Shown: in pieces, positions 39,105 through 52,385 of the stretch
Position numbering within the stretch: the first letter of the stretch is position 1
How the letters are laid out: every line of letters begins with the position of its first letter
Assembly: GCF_963921235.1 (NCBI RefSeq)
Contig: NC_086108.1
Location: 2,356,001 to 2,420,000, forward strand
From: Mobula hypostoma
Taxonomy: Eukaryota
Reading direction: 5' to 3'
Length of the DNA: 64,000 bases
Translations under genes and position numbers: made by a program
The notes under the pieces: generated by a model
Told to the model about the DNA's origin: nothing
The model's database searches: none
The model's input: the letters and a program-made list of their open reading frames with translations, nothing else

Positions 39105-39900
39105 TGACGCTCCACGGAAAAACAACCCAAGTTTATCCAGCCTCTCATGATAGCACATGCCCTCTAAACCAGGTAGCATCCCGGTAAACCTCTTCTGCAC
39201 CCTCTCCAAAGTCTCAAAATCCTTCCTATGGCGGGGCAACCAGAACTGTACACATTACTCCAGATGCGGCCAAACCAGTGTTTTATAAAGTTGCAACATT
39301 ACCTCTTGACTTTTGAACTCAGTGCCTCGACTAATAAAAGCCAACATTCCATAAGCCTTTTTAACCGCCTTATTGACCTGTTACAAGGAGCTATGAACTT
39401 GGATCCCAAGATCTCTTTACTCAACAACACTCTTAAGGATCTTGCTCTTAACAGTGTACTGTCTCCTTGCACTGGGGAGGGTTCAGAGGAGGTTCATGAG
39501 AATGATTCTGGGAATGTAAGGTTTATCATACGAGCAGCGATTGAAGGCTATGGGCCTGTACTCACTAGAATTTAGAAGAATGAAGGGGGAATCTCACTGA
39601 AACCTATTGAATGTTGAAAGGCCTCGATCGAGTGGATGTGAAAAGGATCTTTCCTGTAGTGGGGGAGTCTAGGTCCAGAGGGCACAGCCTCAAAATAGAG
39701 GAATGTCCATTTTAGAATGGAGATGAGGAGTAATTTCTTTAGCCAGAGGGTGGTGAATCTGTGGAATTCATTGGGTATATTTACAGCAGAGGTTGATCGC
39801 TTTCTGACTAGTAAAGATATCAAAGATTAGAAAGGCAGGAAAATGGGGTTGAGAAGGATAAAAATCAGCTGATTAAATGGCAGAGGACAAATAATGGACC
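39105..39900. mobile_element. Two decayed CR1 fragments in opposite orientation (junction about 39470)
   Basis: Minus strand LERVQKRFTGMLPG; plus strand gggttcagaggaggttcatgagaatg and CR1 3' motifs. Confidence 0.75.
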
Positions 39901-42315
39901 AAAAGAGGGGAGAATGGACCATGGGAGAAAGGGGTGGAGGAGAGGCACAAGGAGGAGAAGGGAATGAATGAGAGGAAAGCAAATGAGAAAAGAGAGAAGG
40001 GGAGGGGGAGAAATTACCAGAAGTTAGAAAAATCGATGTTGGAAGTCACCCAGAAAGAATGTGACATGTTGCTTCTCCAAGCTGAGAGTCCATCCGATAG
40101 TCAGAGCTATTCTGGCATTGTAGGTGTATCACAAAACAAGACGTCAAATCTTTAAAAAGAGAAGGTAGAGTTTTGAAGGACATTTGAAGGGAAGTTTCCA
40201 CATGGAGAGTGGTTTATACCTGGAACTCACTGACAGATGATGTGACAGGCTCAGATGCATTAAATAGACATTTTGACAGGCACTTGATCTTCAAAGTAAA
40301 TTTATCATCAAGGGACATATTTCTCACCATATACAACCCTGAGATTTGTAAATGACAGAGTACAACAAAGAAATACAATCGAATCAATGAAAAATTACAC
40401 ATAAGCAAAGACTGACAAACAAATCAGTGCAAAAATAAATAGTAATTAAATTACACTGAGAACAGGAGTTGTAGAGTTCTTGAAAGTGAGTCCATAGGTT
40501 GTGGGGTCAGTTCAGAGATAAGGCAAGTGAAGTTAACTATGTTAGTTCAGGAGTCTGACGGTTGAAGGTTAATAACTGTCCCTGAACTTGGTGGTGTGGG
40601 ACACAAGACTTCTTTGCCTGCTTCCCGATGGCAGCGGTGAGAAGAGAGCATGGCCTGGGTGGTGGAGGGTGGTGGTTTGATGATGGATGCTGCTTTCTTG
40701 AGGTAAGATGGAAGATTCAATATTCAAGATTGTTCAATATTATTTCTAGTTTGCAAGTGTAAAGGGGAACAAAATAATTGTTACTCCAGATGTGAAGCAG
40801 CACAACAAACGCAATAAGATGTAGAACACCAGTATAAAAAGACACAATAACTATCAGTACTTAAGGTTGCTTACATACAATTGTACGTCAATAAAGTGAC
40901 ACTCGGCATGGGTGTAACTGCACACAGGTGTCTGACAGGAAATGATGAGGTAGTGGCAGTTGGGTGTGTGGAGGCACAAGTTAATGGATGGAGATGTTGA
41001 TTAGATTTACTGCTTGGGGAAAGGAATTGTTTTTGAGCCTGGTAGCCCTGGTCTGGATGTTACACAGCTCCCTCCCTAATGGGAGTGGGACAAACAGCGT
41101 AGGAGCACCGCTCATTGTGGATAGCTCAGTGGTGTCACACCTCAAACTGGCCACCAGAGGGAGGCAGAGATGAGAAGGCCAGCCCTTTCCTGCTCACCTA
41201 CCTATCAGGCTAATTATTAGTCCATTATGATCATCTGTGCCTTGTTTATAGCCCTACACAAGTTCCTTGTCTCTTGGCTCAGTCTCTGAGCCATCTTTTC
41301 TAAGTGAAGTCTTGGTAGGTAGGAATGTTTAATTAATGTATGTTTTTTTGGATTTTGACTTTGCCTGTTAAGGAATCTGGAAAAGCCTTGTTGATTTTTT
41401 TCCTCTAATTTTGTGTGACTTCTCTGCAATTAGGTTCACACTATTCAGTGTGAGGGAAGTTCAAACTGAAGAAGTTACCTAGTCAGCTGAGACAAATGGC
41501 ACACGGGCAAAGCATTGAAGAATACAGACCAAAAGTGTAAATGTGAGAAATAGTTGACATGGGTAGACAGGGCTGCAGGGCGTGTTTCTGTTCTAAACAA
41601 ATTCACGACTCTATTCTGTTCAGCTAAGCAAAATCATTAAGGAATTTCCTTGGAAAATAAGGAGAATCTTCATTCTGTGCATGGGGAGGAGTGTGGTGGG
41701 TAGGTTTGCCAGTCATATCAAAAGGACTAGAGAAGAGTTGATGACTACAGTTCAAATTAATATTATAGAATGTATACTGTATGGAACCTGAAATATGTGC
41801 ACTTTGCAAATGTCCATGAAACAGGAAAAAAAAGCTCCAAAGAATGCATGGAGGAATGTTAGAGCCCCCTCACAAGCAGCGGCAAAGCTTCAACTCCCCC
41901 CTCCCACTTGCCCCGGCAAAAGCATCAACTCCCACCACCAAACAAGCAATAGCAAAGCCCCAGAGACCACAATCTAAAGTCCATCCAAAACTGCTGTCCA
42001 TTCCAACACTTTGACATCTCAGCCAGTCCCACTCTCTCACTAATGAGGGAGAACGAGATACCTCTCCTGTCACAGTGAGAGTGGCCAGCAGTTTGCTGTT
42101 TTCAGCTCATCTGGCTTGAGAATCAACAGACTCTCACTAGATGGAGAGCACTCAAGAACAGAGACCTCCAACAGCTGTGCCTGCTGTGCTGATGTTTCAA
42201 TTTCTCACCAGGTTTAGTGACCTGACACTGTCTGAAATTATGATGAAAGAAAATTCAATGTTAGTTTTCAGAGAGGAACTGGATAAATATCAATCAATAG
42301 TAAATCAGGGCAACG

Positions 42316-42862
42316 GGACTTGTTGTGTTGTCTAGAAGACGTTTCGCCACTCATCCGAGAGGCTTCTTCCGTTCTGATCCTTGGTGGGTAGTTTTCCGGT
42401 TTATAAACTCTGCGAGTTGTTTGAAGGTATAGCAATCACATTTGGGCTGTTAAGAGTCACAGAGGTAATGAGAGGGTCACTAGTCATATCTCTGCATGAA
42501 TGGAGGTGTGAACTGTTGTGGAGCCACCGGGGTGGAGATGTTCGGACTGCATTGTAAGTAGCTGATAGGTGAAGTCGTACTCCACCCCCTCCGATCAGGG
42601 ATGGGTTTTCCAGTTTGACAAAGATGGCTTCTTTAACCCCTCTTTCAAACTACCTGTGCTCCCTGTCCAAAATGTGCACATTGTTATCATCAAAGGAGTG
42701 TCCCTTGTCCTCTAAGTGTAGATATACAGCTGGGTCTTAACCAGAGGTATTAGCCCTGCTATGTTGGGCCATCTGTTTCTGAAGTGGTTGTTTGTCTCGC
42801 TGATATACAGATCTGTGGAGTCCTCATTGCATTGGATAGCAGGTACAATATGCCTCTGTTGA
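42316..42862 (-). mobile_element. Penelope element (second lineage): GIY-YIG remnant plus hammerhead motif (42334-42375)
   Basis: Manual translation: IVPAIQCNEDSTDLYISET/QPLQKQMAQHSRANTSG*DPAVYLHLEDKGHSFDDNNVHILDREHR*FERGVKEAIFVKLENPSL. Confidence 0.85.
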
Positions 42863-42879
42863 AAACCCCTTGTTAATGA

Positions 42880-43240
42880 AAGGGGTCAGAGAAGAACGGT
42901 CAAACTGGTTCAAGCTGACAGGAAGGTGACAATAACTCAAAAAAACCATGAATAAAATGGAAGGATACGGACATTGTGTAGGCAGAAGGGAGTAGTTGAG
43001 TTGGCTATTTGGTTTCTAATTTAATTGTCTGGCACAACATTGTGAGCCGAAGGGCCTGTTCCTGTACTGTACTCATCTATGTTCTACATTACAACAGTGG
43101 TGTACAGAAGAGCATCTCTGAATGCACAACACATTGAACCTCAAAGTGGCTGGGCTACAGCAGCAGAAGACCGTGAACATACACTCAGTGGCTACTTTAT
43201 TATTTACAGGTGGCACCTAATAATGTGGCTACTGAGTGCA
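42880..43240 (+). mobile_element. Tc1-like transposon remnant with adjacent TIR pair; CR1 tail fragment interposed at about 42960-43087
   Basis: GQRRTVKLVQADRKVTITQ...YNSGVQKSISECTT resembles a Tc1 HTH region. Palindrome cactcagtggctac...gtggctactgagtg at 43183-43238. Confidence 0.7.
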
Positions 43241-44885
43241 ATTGTAGCACGTCAAAAGCCTATGAGAAAAGAACTGGGGGGAATGGGTCAAACTGTACAA
43301 CTTCCTGCTTATGATGGCGCTACTGAAGGCGGGTGACAGCTCACTGGCAGTTCGAAAGGTACGACATTTGACTAAAAACATTAATTACAACACCTTTCCT
43401 GAAGTAAATTGTGGTAGGCTATCACTGTGAACAAAGGCAAAGAGCATTCGAGAGATGAGCCGTGCTGGGAATTGGCTTTGGGGTTGGAGTGAGCGATTCA
43501 GAGAGGAGAATCAACGCCCATCTGACTCTGAGCTCACTTGAGAACGGCTTCTGGCTGGGCACCGAGGTCTAGGCCCAGAGCGTATCACTGCAGGGGGGCC
43601 CTGGTCCTAATGTGGGGCACCACGTAAATGCCGGCCCAGATGGACTGGAAAGGCAGGGTGTCAGGACAGGAGTTGAGGGATGGGTCGATCTTTCACTGAG
43701 GCTGCGAGACTGCTCCAACTGCTAGGCTTCGTGTTGTGAGCTTCGCGGCGATTTACCCTACTAATGTGAGGAACTGAGACCCAGGCTTTGGGCCTACTGC
43801 AGGCTCCTCTGGAGATCCGAATCTGAGGACTCAATTTGGTTCAGAATGAAGCTGTGGCTTGCTTCTATTGTTTGCATGAGTTGTGCTTTTATTCTCTTTC
43901 TCTCTGCAAATTAAGTGTTGGCCTTTTTTTCTTTCATAGGGTTCTTTCGGGTTTCTTGCCTTGTGGCTGTCTTTAAGTCAACAAATCTCAAGGTTGTACA
44001 ATTTATACATTCTTTGATATTAAATGTACTTTGAAACTTTACCATAGAGTAGAAACAGGCTGAGTGTGGTACAGGGCTCTGAGAACAGGAGCGACTCGCT
44101 GAAGGAATAAAGATATCACCCGTAGTGGGGTGACTCATACTCGAACTGAGAGCAGCCAACCATTCATGGTTTTAATGAAATGATGCATCATGGAACAGAA
44201 GGAGCTCACTGACTTGCACTCACACACTCTCGTGCGTTTTCACGAGTTACCGAAAATCAGAGTCTTTCCGAATGACTGAGGCCGTGCCACGCACGTCCTC
44301 ATGAGAATCTCAGCTTTGTAGTCTCTCATGTACCTTTTGAAGTGTTGTAACATTGGAAACATTACAACAGGGTAAAACCCACCCTACCATTGAGCACATC
44401 TACATGAAACACTGCCACAGGAAAGCAGCATCCATCATCAGGGACCCCTACCATCCCGGACATGCTCTCTTCTCGCTGCTGCCATTGGGAAGGAGATTCA
44501 GCAGCCTTAGGACTCACACCACCAGGTTCAGGAACTGTTATTACACCTCAACTTTCAGACTCCTGAACCAGAGGGAATAACTTCACTCACTCCATCATTG
44601 AAGAGAACAGTCAGGAAAGTCGGTAGAAGTGATTTTCAGAAGACCTTTCACAAGATGCTGCACGAGAGGCCGTGGTATTAAAAGAAAGATACAGACATGG
44701 ATCTAGCTGAGTGGAAGGAGGCAGTGAGTGGAATAAAGGGAGTCTTTTCCGGTTGGCAGCCAGTGACTAGTGGTGTTCCATAGGGGTCAGAGTTGAATCA
44801 CCTAGTTTTCATGTTGTACATCAACGATTTGGATGACTAAATCAATAGGACTGGTGAGCAGTTTTGGGTGCCTTATCTGAGAAAT

Positions 44886-46404
44886 AATAGAAACATAGAA
44901 ACATAGAAAATAGGTGCAGGAGTAGGCCATTCGGCCCTTCGAGCCTGCACCGCCATTTATTATGATCATGGCTGATCATCCAACTCAGAACCCCGCCCCA
45001 GCCTTCCCTCCATACCCCCTGACCCCTGTAGCCACAAGGGCCATATCTAACTCCCTCTTAAACATAGCCAATGAACTGGCCTCAACTGTTTCCTGTGGCA
45101 GAGAATTCCACAGATTCACCACTCTCTGTGTGAAGAAGTTTTTCCTAATCTCGGTCCTAAAAGGCTTCCCCTCTATCCTCAAACTGTGACCCCTCGTTCT
45201 GGACTTCCCCAACATCGGGAACAATCTTCCTGCATCTAGCCTGTCCAATCCCTTTAGGATCTTATACGTTTCAATCAGATCCCCCCTCAATCTTCTAAAT
45301 TCCAACGAGTACAAGCCCAGTTCATCCAGTCTTTCTTCATATGAAAGTCCTGCCATCCCAGGAATCAATCTGGTGAACCTTCTTTGTACTCCCTCTATGG
45401 CAAAGATGTCTTTCCTCAGATTAGGGGACCAAAACTGCACACAATACTCCAGGTGTGGTCTCACCAAGGCCTTGTACAACTACAGTAGTACCTCCCTGCT
45501 CCTGTACTCGAATCCTCTCGCTATAAATGCCAGCATACCATTCGCCTTTTTCACCGCCTGCTGTACCTGTATGCCCACTTTCAATGACTGGTGTATAATG
45601 ACACCCAGGTCTCGTTGCACCTCCCCTTTTCCTAATCGGCCACCATTCAGATAATAATCTGTTTTCCTATTTTTGCCACCAAAGTGGATAACTTCACATT
45701 TATCCACATTAAATTGCATCTGCCATGAGTTTGCCCACTCACCCAACCTATCCAAGTCACCCTGCATCCTCTTAGCATCCTCCTCACTGCTAACACTGCC
45801 ACCCAGCTTCGTGTCATCCGCAAACTTGGAGATGCTGCATTTAATTCCCTCATCCAAGTCATTAATATATATTGTAAACAACTGGGGTCCCAGCACTGAG
45901 CCTTGCGGTACCCCACTAGTCACCGCCTGCCATTCTGAAAAGGTCCCGTTTATTCCCACTCTTTGCTTCCTGTCTGCTAACCAATTCTCCACCCACACCA
46001 ATACCTTACCCCCAATACCGTGTGCTTTAAGTTTGCACACTAATCTCCTGTGTGGGACCTTGTCAAAAGCCTTTTGAAAATCCAAATATACCACATCCAC
46101 TGGTTCTCCCCTATCCACTCTACTAGTTACATCCTCAAAAAATTCTATGAGATTCGTCAGACATGATTTTCCTTTCACAAATCCATGCTGACTTTGTCCG
46201 ATCATTTCACCGCTTTCCAAATGTGCTGTTATCACATCCTTGATAACTGACTCCAGCAGTTTCCCCACCACTGACGTTAGGCTAACCGGTCTATAATTCC
46301 CCGGTTTCTCTCTCCCTCCTTTTTTAAAAAGTGGGGTTACATTAGCCACCCTCCAATCCTCAGGAACTAGTCCAGAATCTAACGAGTTTTGAAAAATTAT
46401 CACT
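44886..46404 (-). mobile_element. Young CR1 LINE (RT to 3' end) inserted in an older plus-strand CR1
   Basis: 307-aa and 164-aa ORFs in the same frame, separated by one stop at 45480-45482 (TAG; CAG in the 6535 copy). KFADD motif. Confidence 0.95.
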
Positions 46405-47210
46405 AATCTAACGAGTTTTGAAAAATTATCACTAATGTGCTGGCTTTGGAGAGGGTCCAGAGGAAGTTCATGAGAATGATTCCAGGAATGAAAGGGTTAA
46501 TATATAACAAGTGTTTGACTCTGGGCCTGTACTCACCGGAATTTAGAAGAATGAGGGGGGAGTCTCATTGAAACTTATCGAATATTGGAGGGCCTAGATA
46601 GAGTGGATGTGCAGAGGATGTTTCCTATAGAGGGCACAGCATCTAAATAGCGGAACATTCCTTTAGAAAAAAGATGAGAAATTTCTTTACCCAGAGGGTA
46701 TTGAATCTGGAATTCATTACCAGAGACAGTTGTAGAGACCAAATCATTGGGTATATTTAAAGTGGGAGTTGGCAGATTCTTGATTATTAGGGGTGTCAAA
46801 TATAATTGGGAGAAGGCAAGAGAATGGGGTTGACAGATAATAAATCAGCCATGATGGAATGGTGGATCAGACTCGGGGCTGAATGGCCTAATTCTGCTCC
46901 TGTGTCTTATGGCCTAACTGTGCTTGTGGGATCCTTTAAATCTGCCATAAATTTCAGAAGCATCTCTGTTTGGATCATGTCTGAGAACAGGTGCATCTAA
47001 CTGTGCTGCACTGCCCATCACTGCACTGGAAATATCAGTCTTTATCAGGTGTTTGTGAAGATCGCAACCTGCTTACTCACTTTCTTACTGCCTGTTACGC
47101 CGCTGGCGTTCGGGGCAGCGTTGAAGATCTTCCATCTCTGACAGTGCTCAGGGCTTCCTTCATCGTGACAGCAGCCTCCTCTCGGTTTTCACCGTTGTCA
47201 GCCATGCAAG

Positions 47211-47464
47211 CTGCACGGTAGTGTAGTGGTCAGCACAACGCTCTACAGTACAGGTGACCCGTGCTCAGTTCCTGCCATTGCCTGTAAAGAGTTTCTATGT
47301 TCTCCCCGTGACCGCGTGGGTTTCGCACGGTACAGGGATGTACCAGTGAGTAGGGTAATTGGTCATTGCAAATTGTATTGTGATTAGGCTAGGGTTAAAA
47401 ATCGGGGGATTGCTGGGTAGTGCGGCTTAAAGGACCAGAAGGACTTATTAATAAATAAATAAAA
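47211..47464 (+). mobile_element. V-SINE/HE1-type SINE
   Basis: tRNA-like head (ggtagtgtagtggtcagc), V-domain gagtttctatgttctccccgtgaccgcgtgggtttc, (aata)n tail. Confidence 0.8.
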
Positions 47465-47734
47465 GTCCCGGGTGGAGACTCAGGAATACCGTCGCACTCA
47501 GGTGTAGAAGGATTCTTCACTGCTGTTTCCGTAACAGTTTTGTTTGACCAGTCAGGGTTGTTAGCCCTGAGCTGAACCCCCGAACCTGGAGGACCGGTGG
47601 ACCACTCTGAGTCTGGCCTCTACCCTTTGACCTGCTTGTCATGGGTGACCCTACCAGGAGCCAAAGCATAAAGACCTGACTACAGCCAACATAGCTCTCT
47701 GGGTCATCGAGGCATGCAAGACTCCAAATCCTAC

Positions 47735-48281
47735 CACGAGGAATTCTGCAGATGCTGGAAATTCAAGCAACACACATCAAAGTTGCTGGTGAACGCAGCA
47801 GGCCAGGCAGCATCTCTAGGAAGAGGTACAGTCGACGTTTCAGGCCGAGACCCTTCATCAGGACTAACTGAAGGAAGAGCTAGTAAGGGATTTGAAAGGG
47901 GGAGGGGGAGATCCAAAATGATAGGAGAAGACAGGAGGGGGAGGGATGGAGCCAAGAGCTGGACAGGTGATAGGCAAAAGGGATATGAGAGGATCATGGG
48001 ACAGGAGGCTCAGGGAGAAAGAAAGGTGGGGGAGGAACCCAGAGGATGGGCAAGGGGTATAGTCAGAGGGAGAAAAAGGAGAGAGAGAGAGAAAGAATGT
48101 ATGTATATAAATAAATAACGGATGGGGTACGAGGGGGAGGTGGGGCATTAGCGGAAGTTAGAGAAGTCAATGTTCATGCCATCAGGTTGGAGGCTACCCA
48201 GACGGAATATAAGGTGTTGTTCCTCCAACCTGAGTGTGGCTTCATCTTTACGGTAGAGGAGGCCGTGGATAGACATATCAG
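47735..48281 (-). mobile_element. Truncated PLE with 8-bp TSD
   Basis: TSD aatcctac at 47727-47734 and 48282-48289. Near-identical to 58185-58706. Confidence 0.88.
47830..47865 (-). ncRNA. Minimal type I hammerhead ribozyme motif, intact core
   Basis: AGUC-CUGAUGA-AGGGUCUCGGCCU-GAAAC-GUC-GACU. Confidence 0.8.
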
Positions 48282-48914
48282 AATCCTACGACAAGATTGC
48301 AGTCCTCTTGGAGGCCATAACCTGCTTACAGTGTGATAATTCACATCTTCAAGATAAATATCAATATCCAAAGGAAACAGAATATGCAACACCACATTTA
48401 TAACCTGGCCACCGGTCTCTTCCTTTCATCATGCCATGGTAATATAGCGGTTAGCATGACGCTCTACAACGCCAGTGATCTGGGTTCAATTCCCACCACA
48501 GTATGTAAGAAGTTTGTAATTCTCCCTGTGGTTGCCTCCCATATCTGAAAAATGTAGGGGTGACTTGTGAACATGCTGTTTAGCTGGAGGTATGGTGACA
48601 CTTGCAGGCTGCTGTCATCACATTCTCACTGTGATGGCATTTTTTTTAAGATACATCGCGGTGTAGGCCTTTCTGGCCCTTTGAGCTGATTAAACCCTGG
48701 CCTAATTACGGGACAATTTACAATCACCAACTTCTCACTGGCTGCTACTGGAGGAAGATGTCTACAAATGACTGTCTCTCTTCCTCTCCACCACCCTCTC
48801 ACTCGCTGTCCCCGAAGAGAGGTTCCTGTGTTCAAAGTTTCTCCCCCTCCCCCTCTTCCCCATCGATGCTGTCGGAGGATAATATCAGAGTTCTGGGTCT
48901 TGGGCAAGATTTAA

Positions 48915-49075
48915 TCAAAGAACAGTAGGTTTTTGGACTGTGAGAGGAAGCTGGAGTACCTGGAGGAAACCCACACGGTCACGGGGAGAATGTACAAACT
49001 CCTTACTGTCAGTGGTGGGAATTGAACCTGGGTCACTGGTACAATAAAGCGTTGTGCTAACCACCACACTACTGG
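48915..49075 (-). mobile_element. V-SINE/HE1-type SINE
   Basis: B-box caggttcaattcc and V-domain gagtttgtacattctccccgtgaccgtgtgggtttcctcc. Similar copies at 48440-48560 (+) and 57810-57950 (-). Confidence 0.78.
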
Positions 49076-49635
49076 CCATCCTAAGATGGTTGTTGACGCA
49101 AACAGCATATTTCACTATATATTTTGAAATGTGTGTGACAAATAAACTAATCTTTGAGTAAGGGGAATTACTTAGTTCCGATTACCACTAAGTGGGGATC
49201 TCGGGGATTACTGGGTTGTCGAAATTCCCCTGTGGAGTCGGGGGCTGGCTTTTTGTAGTAGTGGGTGACATCTAGTGGAAGATGTGTGATAGTGCAGCTT
49301 TTCCTGTCAGTGCCAATGCATGAACGATCCAGTCATAGCAGATTTAGATTATATACAGATTAATTTACTGATCACTTGTACATCAAAACATAGGTTGTGC
49401 TGGTTGTTAATGCAAATGATGTATCTCACTCTAATGATGTGCTGGCGGCAGCCGGTGAGTGTCACCACACAACATAGCACGCCTACAACATTCACAAGCA
49501 ACAACAACATCCCACCCACACACACATACGGGCCTCCAATCCCAGGACAAAATCCTTAGTCCCAATCTCTCAGACAACTACTGTAGTAGCAGCCCAATTC
49601 TCATTGAGCAAGGCAAATCATTGACATGGGAGTTA

Positions 49636-51340
49636 AGAGACATGAGAGTTCTCTTCCTGACGAACTTACTATATTCTACGCAAGATTCGAACAGAAGAGG
49701 AGTGTCCCGCTCCCTCCTGATGAACCGGACCTGGTGGCATCGAGATTCATCGTCACCGAGGAGGACGTTAGAAGGGCCTTCCTGAAGATAAATCCAAGGA
49801 AGGTGATGGGCTCAGATGGCGTCCCGGGACGGGTTCTCCGGGCCCGTGCAAGCGAGCTAGCTTGAGTGTTTGCTGACATCTTCAACTGCTCCTTGCTTCA
49901 GTCTAAGATCCCCTCGTGTTTTAAGAAGGCAACGATAATCCCGGTGCCGAAGAAGAGCAAGGTGACATGCCTGAATGACTATCGACCTGTGGCTCTGACA
50001 TCAATTGCTATGAAGTGCTTCGAGAGATTGGTTATGGCACACATCAACCACAGCCTACCGGTCAACCTCGACACTTTGCAATTCGCCTACCGGAGCAACA
50101 GGTCAACGGCAGATGCCATCTCTCTGGCCCTACATTCCTCCTTAGAACACCTGGAGAATAAAGACACATACATAAGGCTCCTTTTCATTCACTACAGCTC
50201 TGCCTTTAATACCATCATTCCAAATAAACTGATTCCTAAGCTCCGGAACCTGGGCCTTAGCACTCAGATCTGCAGCTGGATCTTCAACTTCCTCACAGAC
50301 AGGACCCAGGCTGTAAAAATAGGGGACAAGCTCTCCTCTACAATCACTCTGAGCACCGGTGCCCCACAAGGCTGTGTACTCAGCCCCCTGCTGTACTCAC
50401 TGTACACCCATGATTGTGTAGCCAAGTTTCCATCAAACTCAATATGTAAGTTTGCTGATGACACAATAATTGTAGGCCGTATCTCAGGTAATGATGAGTT
50501 TGAGTACAGAGAGGAAATTAAGAACCTGGTGGCATAGTGTGAAGACAATAACCTATCCTTCAATGTCAGCAAGACGAATGAATTGGTTGTTGACTTCAGA
50601 AGGCGTAGTGGACCGCACGACCCAATTTACATCGGTGGTGCGCAAGTGGAACAGGTCAAAAGCTTTAAGTTCCTCGGGGTCAATATCACAAATGACCTGA
50701 CTTGGTCCAACCAAGCAGAGTCCACTGCCAAGAAGGCCCACCAGCGCCTTTACTTCCTGAGAAAACTAAAGAAATTTGGCCTGTCCCCGAAACCCTCACT
50801 AATTTTCATTGATGCACCGTAGAAAGCATTCTTCTAGGGTGCATCACAACCTGGTATGGAAGTTGTCCTGTCCAAGACTGGAAGAAGCTGCAGAAGATCG
50901 TGAACACAGCACAGCACATCACACAAACCAATCTTCCGTCCATGGACTCACTTTACACCGCACACTGTCAGAGCAGTGCTGCCAGGATAATCAAGGACAC
51001 CACCCACCAGCCAACACACTTTTCGTCCCTCTTCCCTCCGGGAGAAGGCTCAGGAGCTTGAAGACTTGTACTGTCAGATTTGGGAACAGCTTCTTTCCAA
51101 CTGTGATAAGACTGCTGAACGGATCCTGACCCGGATCTGGGCCGTACCCTCCAAATATCCAGACCTGCCTCTTGGTTTTTTTGCACTACCTTACTTCCCA
51201 TTTTTCTATTTATGATTTATAAATTAAATTTTTAATATTTACTATCAATTTGTAATCTAGGGAGCGGGAAGCACAGAATCAAATATTGCTGTGATGATTG
51301 TACGTTCTACTATCAATTGTTTGGCGACAATAAAGTATAA
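49636..51340 (+). mobile_element. Rex/Babar LINE, RT to 3' end
   Basis: 223-aa [13 protein letters not shown]...[10 protein letters not shown]...KFADD, and aataaagtataa end. Confidence 0.9.
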
Positions 51341-51881
51341 GAGAGTGTATTGGAGGAGTCCAACTCAGCCGCAGAATAGTTCATTTTTGCTCAAGTCCTC
51401 CTCCGTAATCATCTGACTGCTCAGACTCTTCCTGATCAGCCTCTTCTCTGTAGACATGAGGTCATCTGGAGTTCGTCTGAATGCATCCCACTTGCATCAT
51501 ATCTCTAATTTATTGCTGATAGTGCTTACTGGCCTAACATGGTCCCTGTTTAAGCAATGCCTGAATTTGCAAATTTTCTTCCTTGCTTCCAAATCGTACC
51601 ATGATATTTTCCCTCCAATATCACTGCTATGAGTTGGAGGAGATTTGGTATGTCACCAAAGGCACTTGCAAATTTTTTTACAGACGTACCATTAGAGTAT
51701 TCTAATTGGCTGCATCACCATCTGGTATGGGGGGGAATGAAATAAGCTATAGAAAGTTGTAAAATTAGTCAGCTCCATTATCGGCATTAGCTTTGCCAGC
51801 ATTCAGGACATTTCCAAGGAGCGATGCCTCAAAAAGGTGGCATCAATCATTAAGGACCTTCAGCACCCAGGACATGCTGCC

Positions 51882-52385
51882 CTCTACTGCCATGATGAGG
51901 CTAAACTCAGGTTGGAGGAGCAACACCTCATATACTGTCTGGGCAGTCTCCAGCCCCTTGGTATGAACATAGAATTCTCCAACTTCCGGTAATTCCCTCC
52001 CCCTCCCTTCCCCTATCCCTATTTCACTCTGCCCCCTCCCCCAGCTGCCTATCACCTCCCTCTTGGTTCCACCTCCTACTACTACCCATAGTGTTTTCCC
52101 CTATTCTTTCTAAACCTTTCCTGCCTATCACCTCCCTGCCTCCCTTCCCCCACCCCTTTATCTTTCCCCTTACTGGTTTTTCACCTGGAACCTACCAGCC
52201 TTCTCCTTCCCACCCCCCCCACCTTCTTTATAGAGCCTCTGCCCCTTCCCCCTACAGTCCTGATGAAGGGTTCCGGCCCGAAACAGCGACCAATCTTTTC
52301 CACGGATGCTGCCCGACCCGCTGAGTTCCTCCAGCGTGTTGTGAGTGTTGCTTTGACCCCAGCATCTGCAGATTATTTTGTGTTT
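51882..52385 (+). mobile_element. Truncated PLE inserted in a Rex fragment; degenerate hammerhead at 52257-52290
   Basis: Approximate TSD acatgctgcc (51872) / acatgccgcc (52386). GIY-YIG C-terminus LRLEEQHLI. Motif CTGATGA...GAAAC-AGC. Confidence 0.82.

Larger units (their letters stand above)
47085..48312 (-). mobile_element. Family D element carrying two nested insertions
   Basis: 47085-47210, 47465-47734 and 48290-48312 rejoin to match the reverse complement of 8515-8930. Confidence 0.78.
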
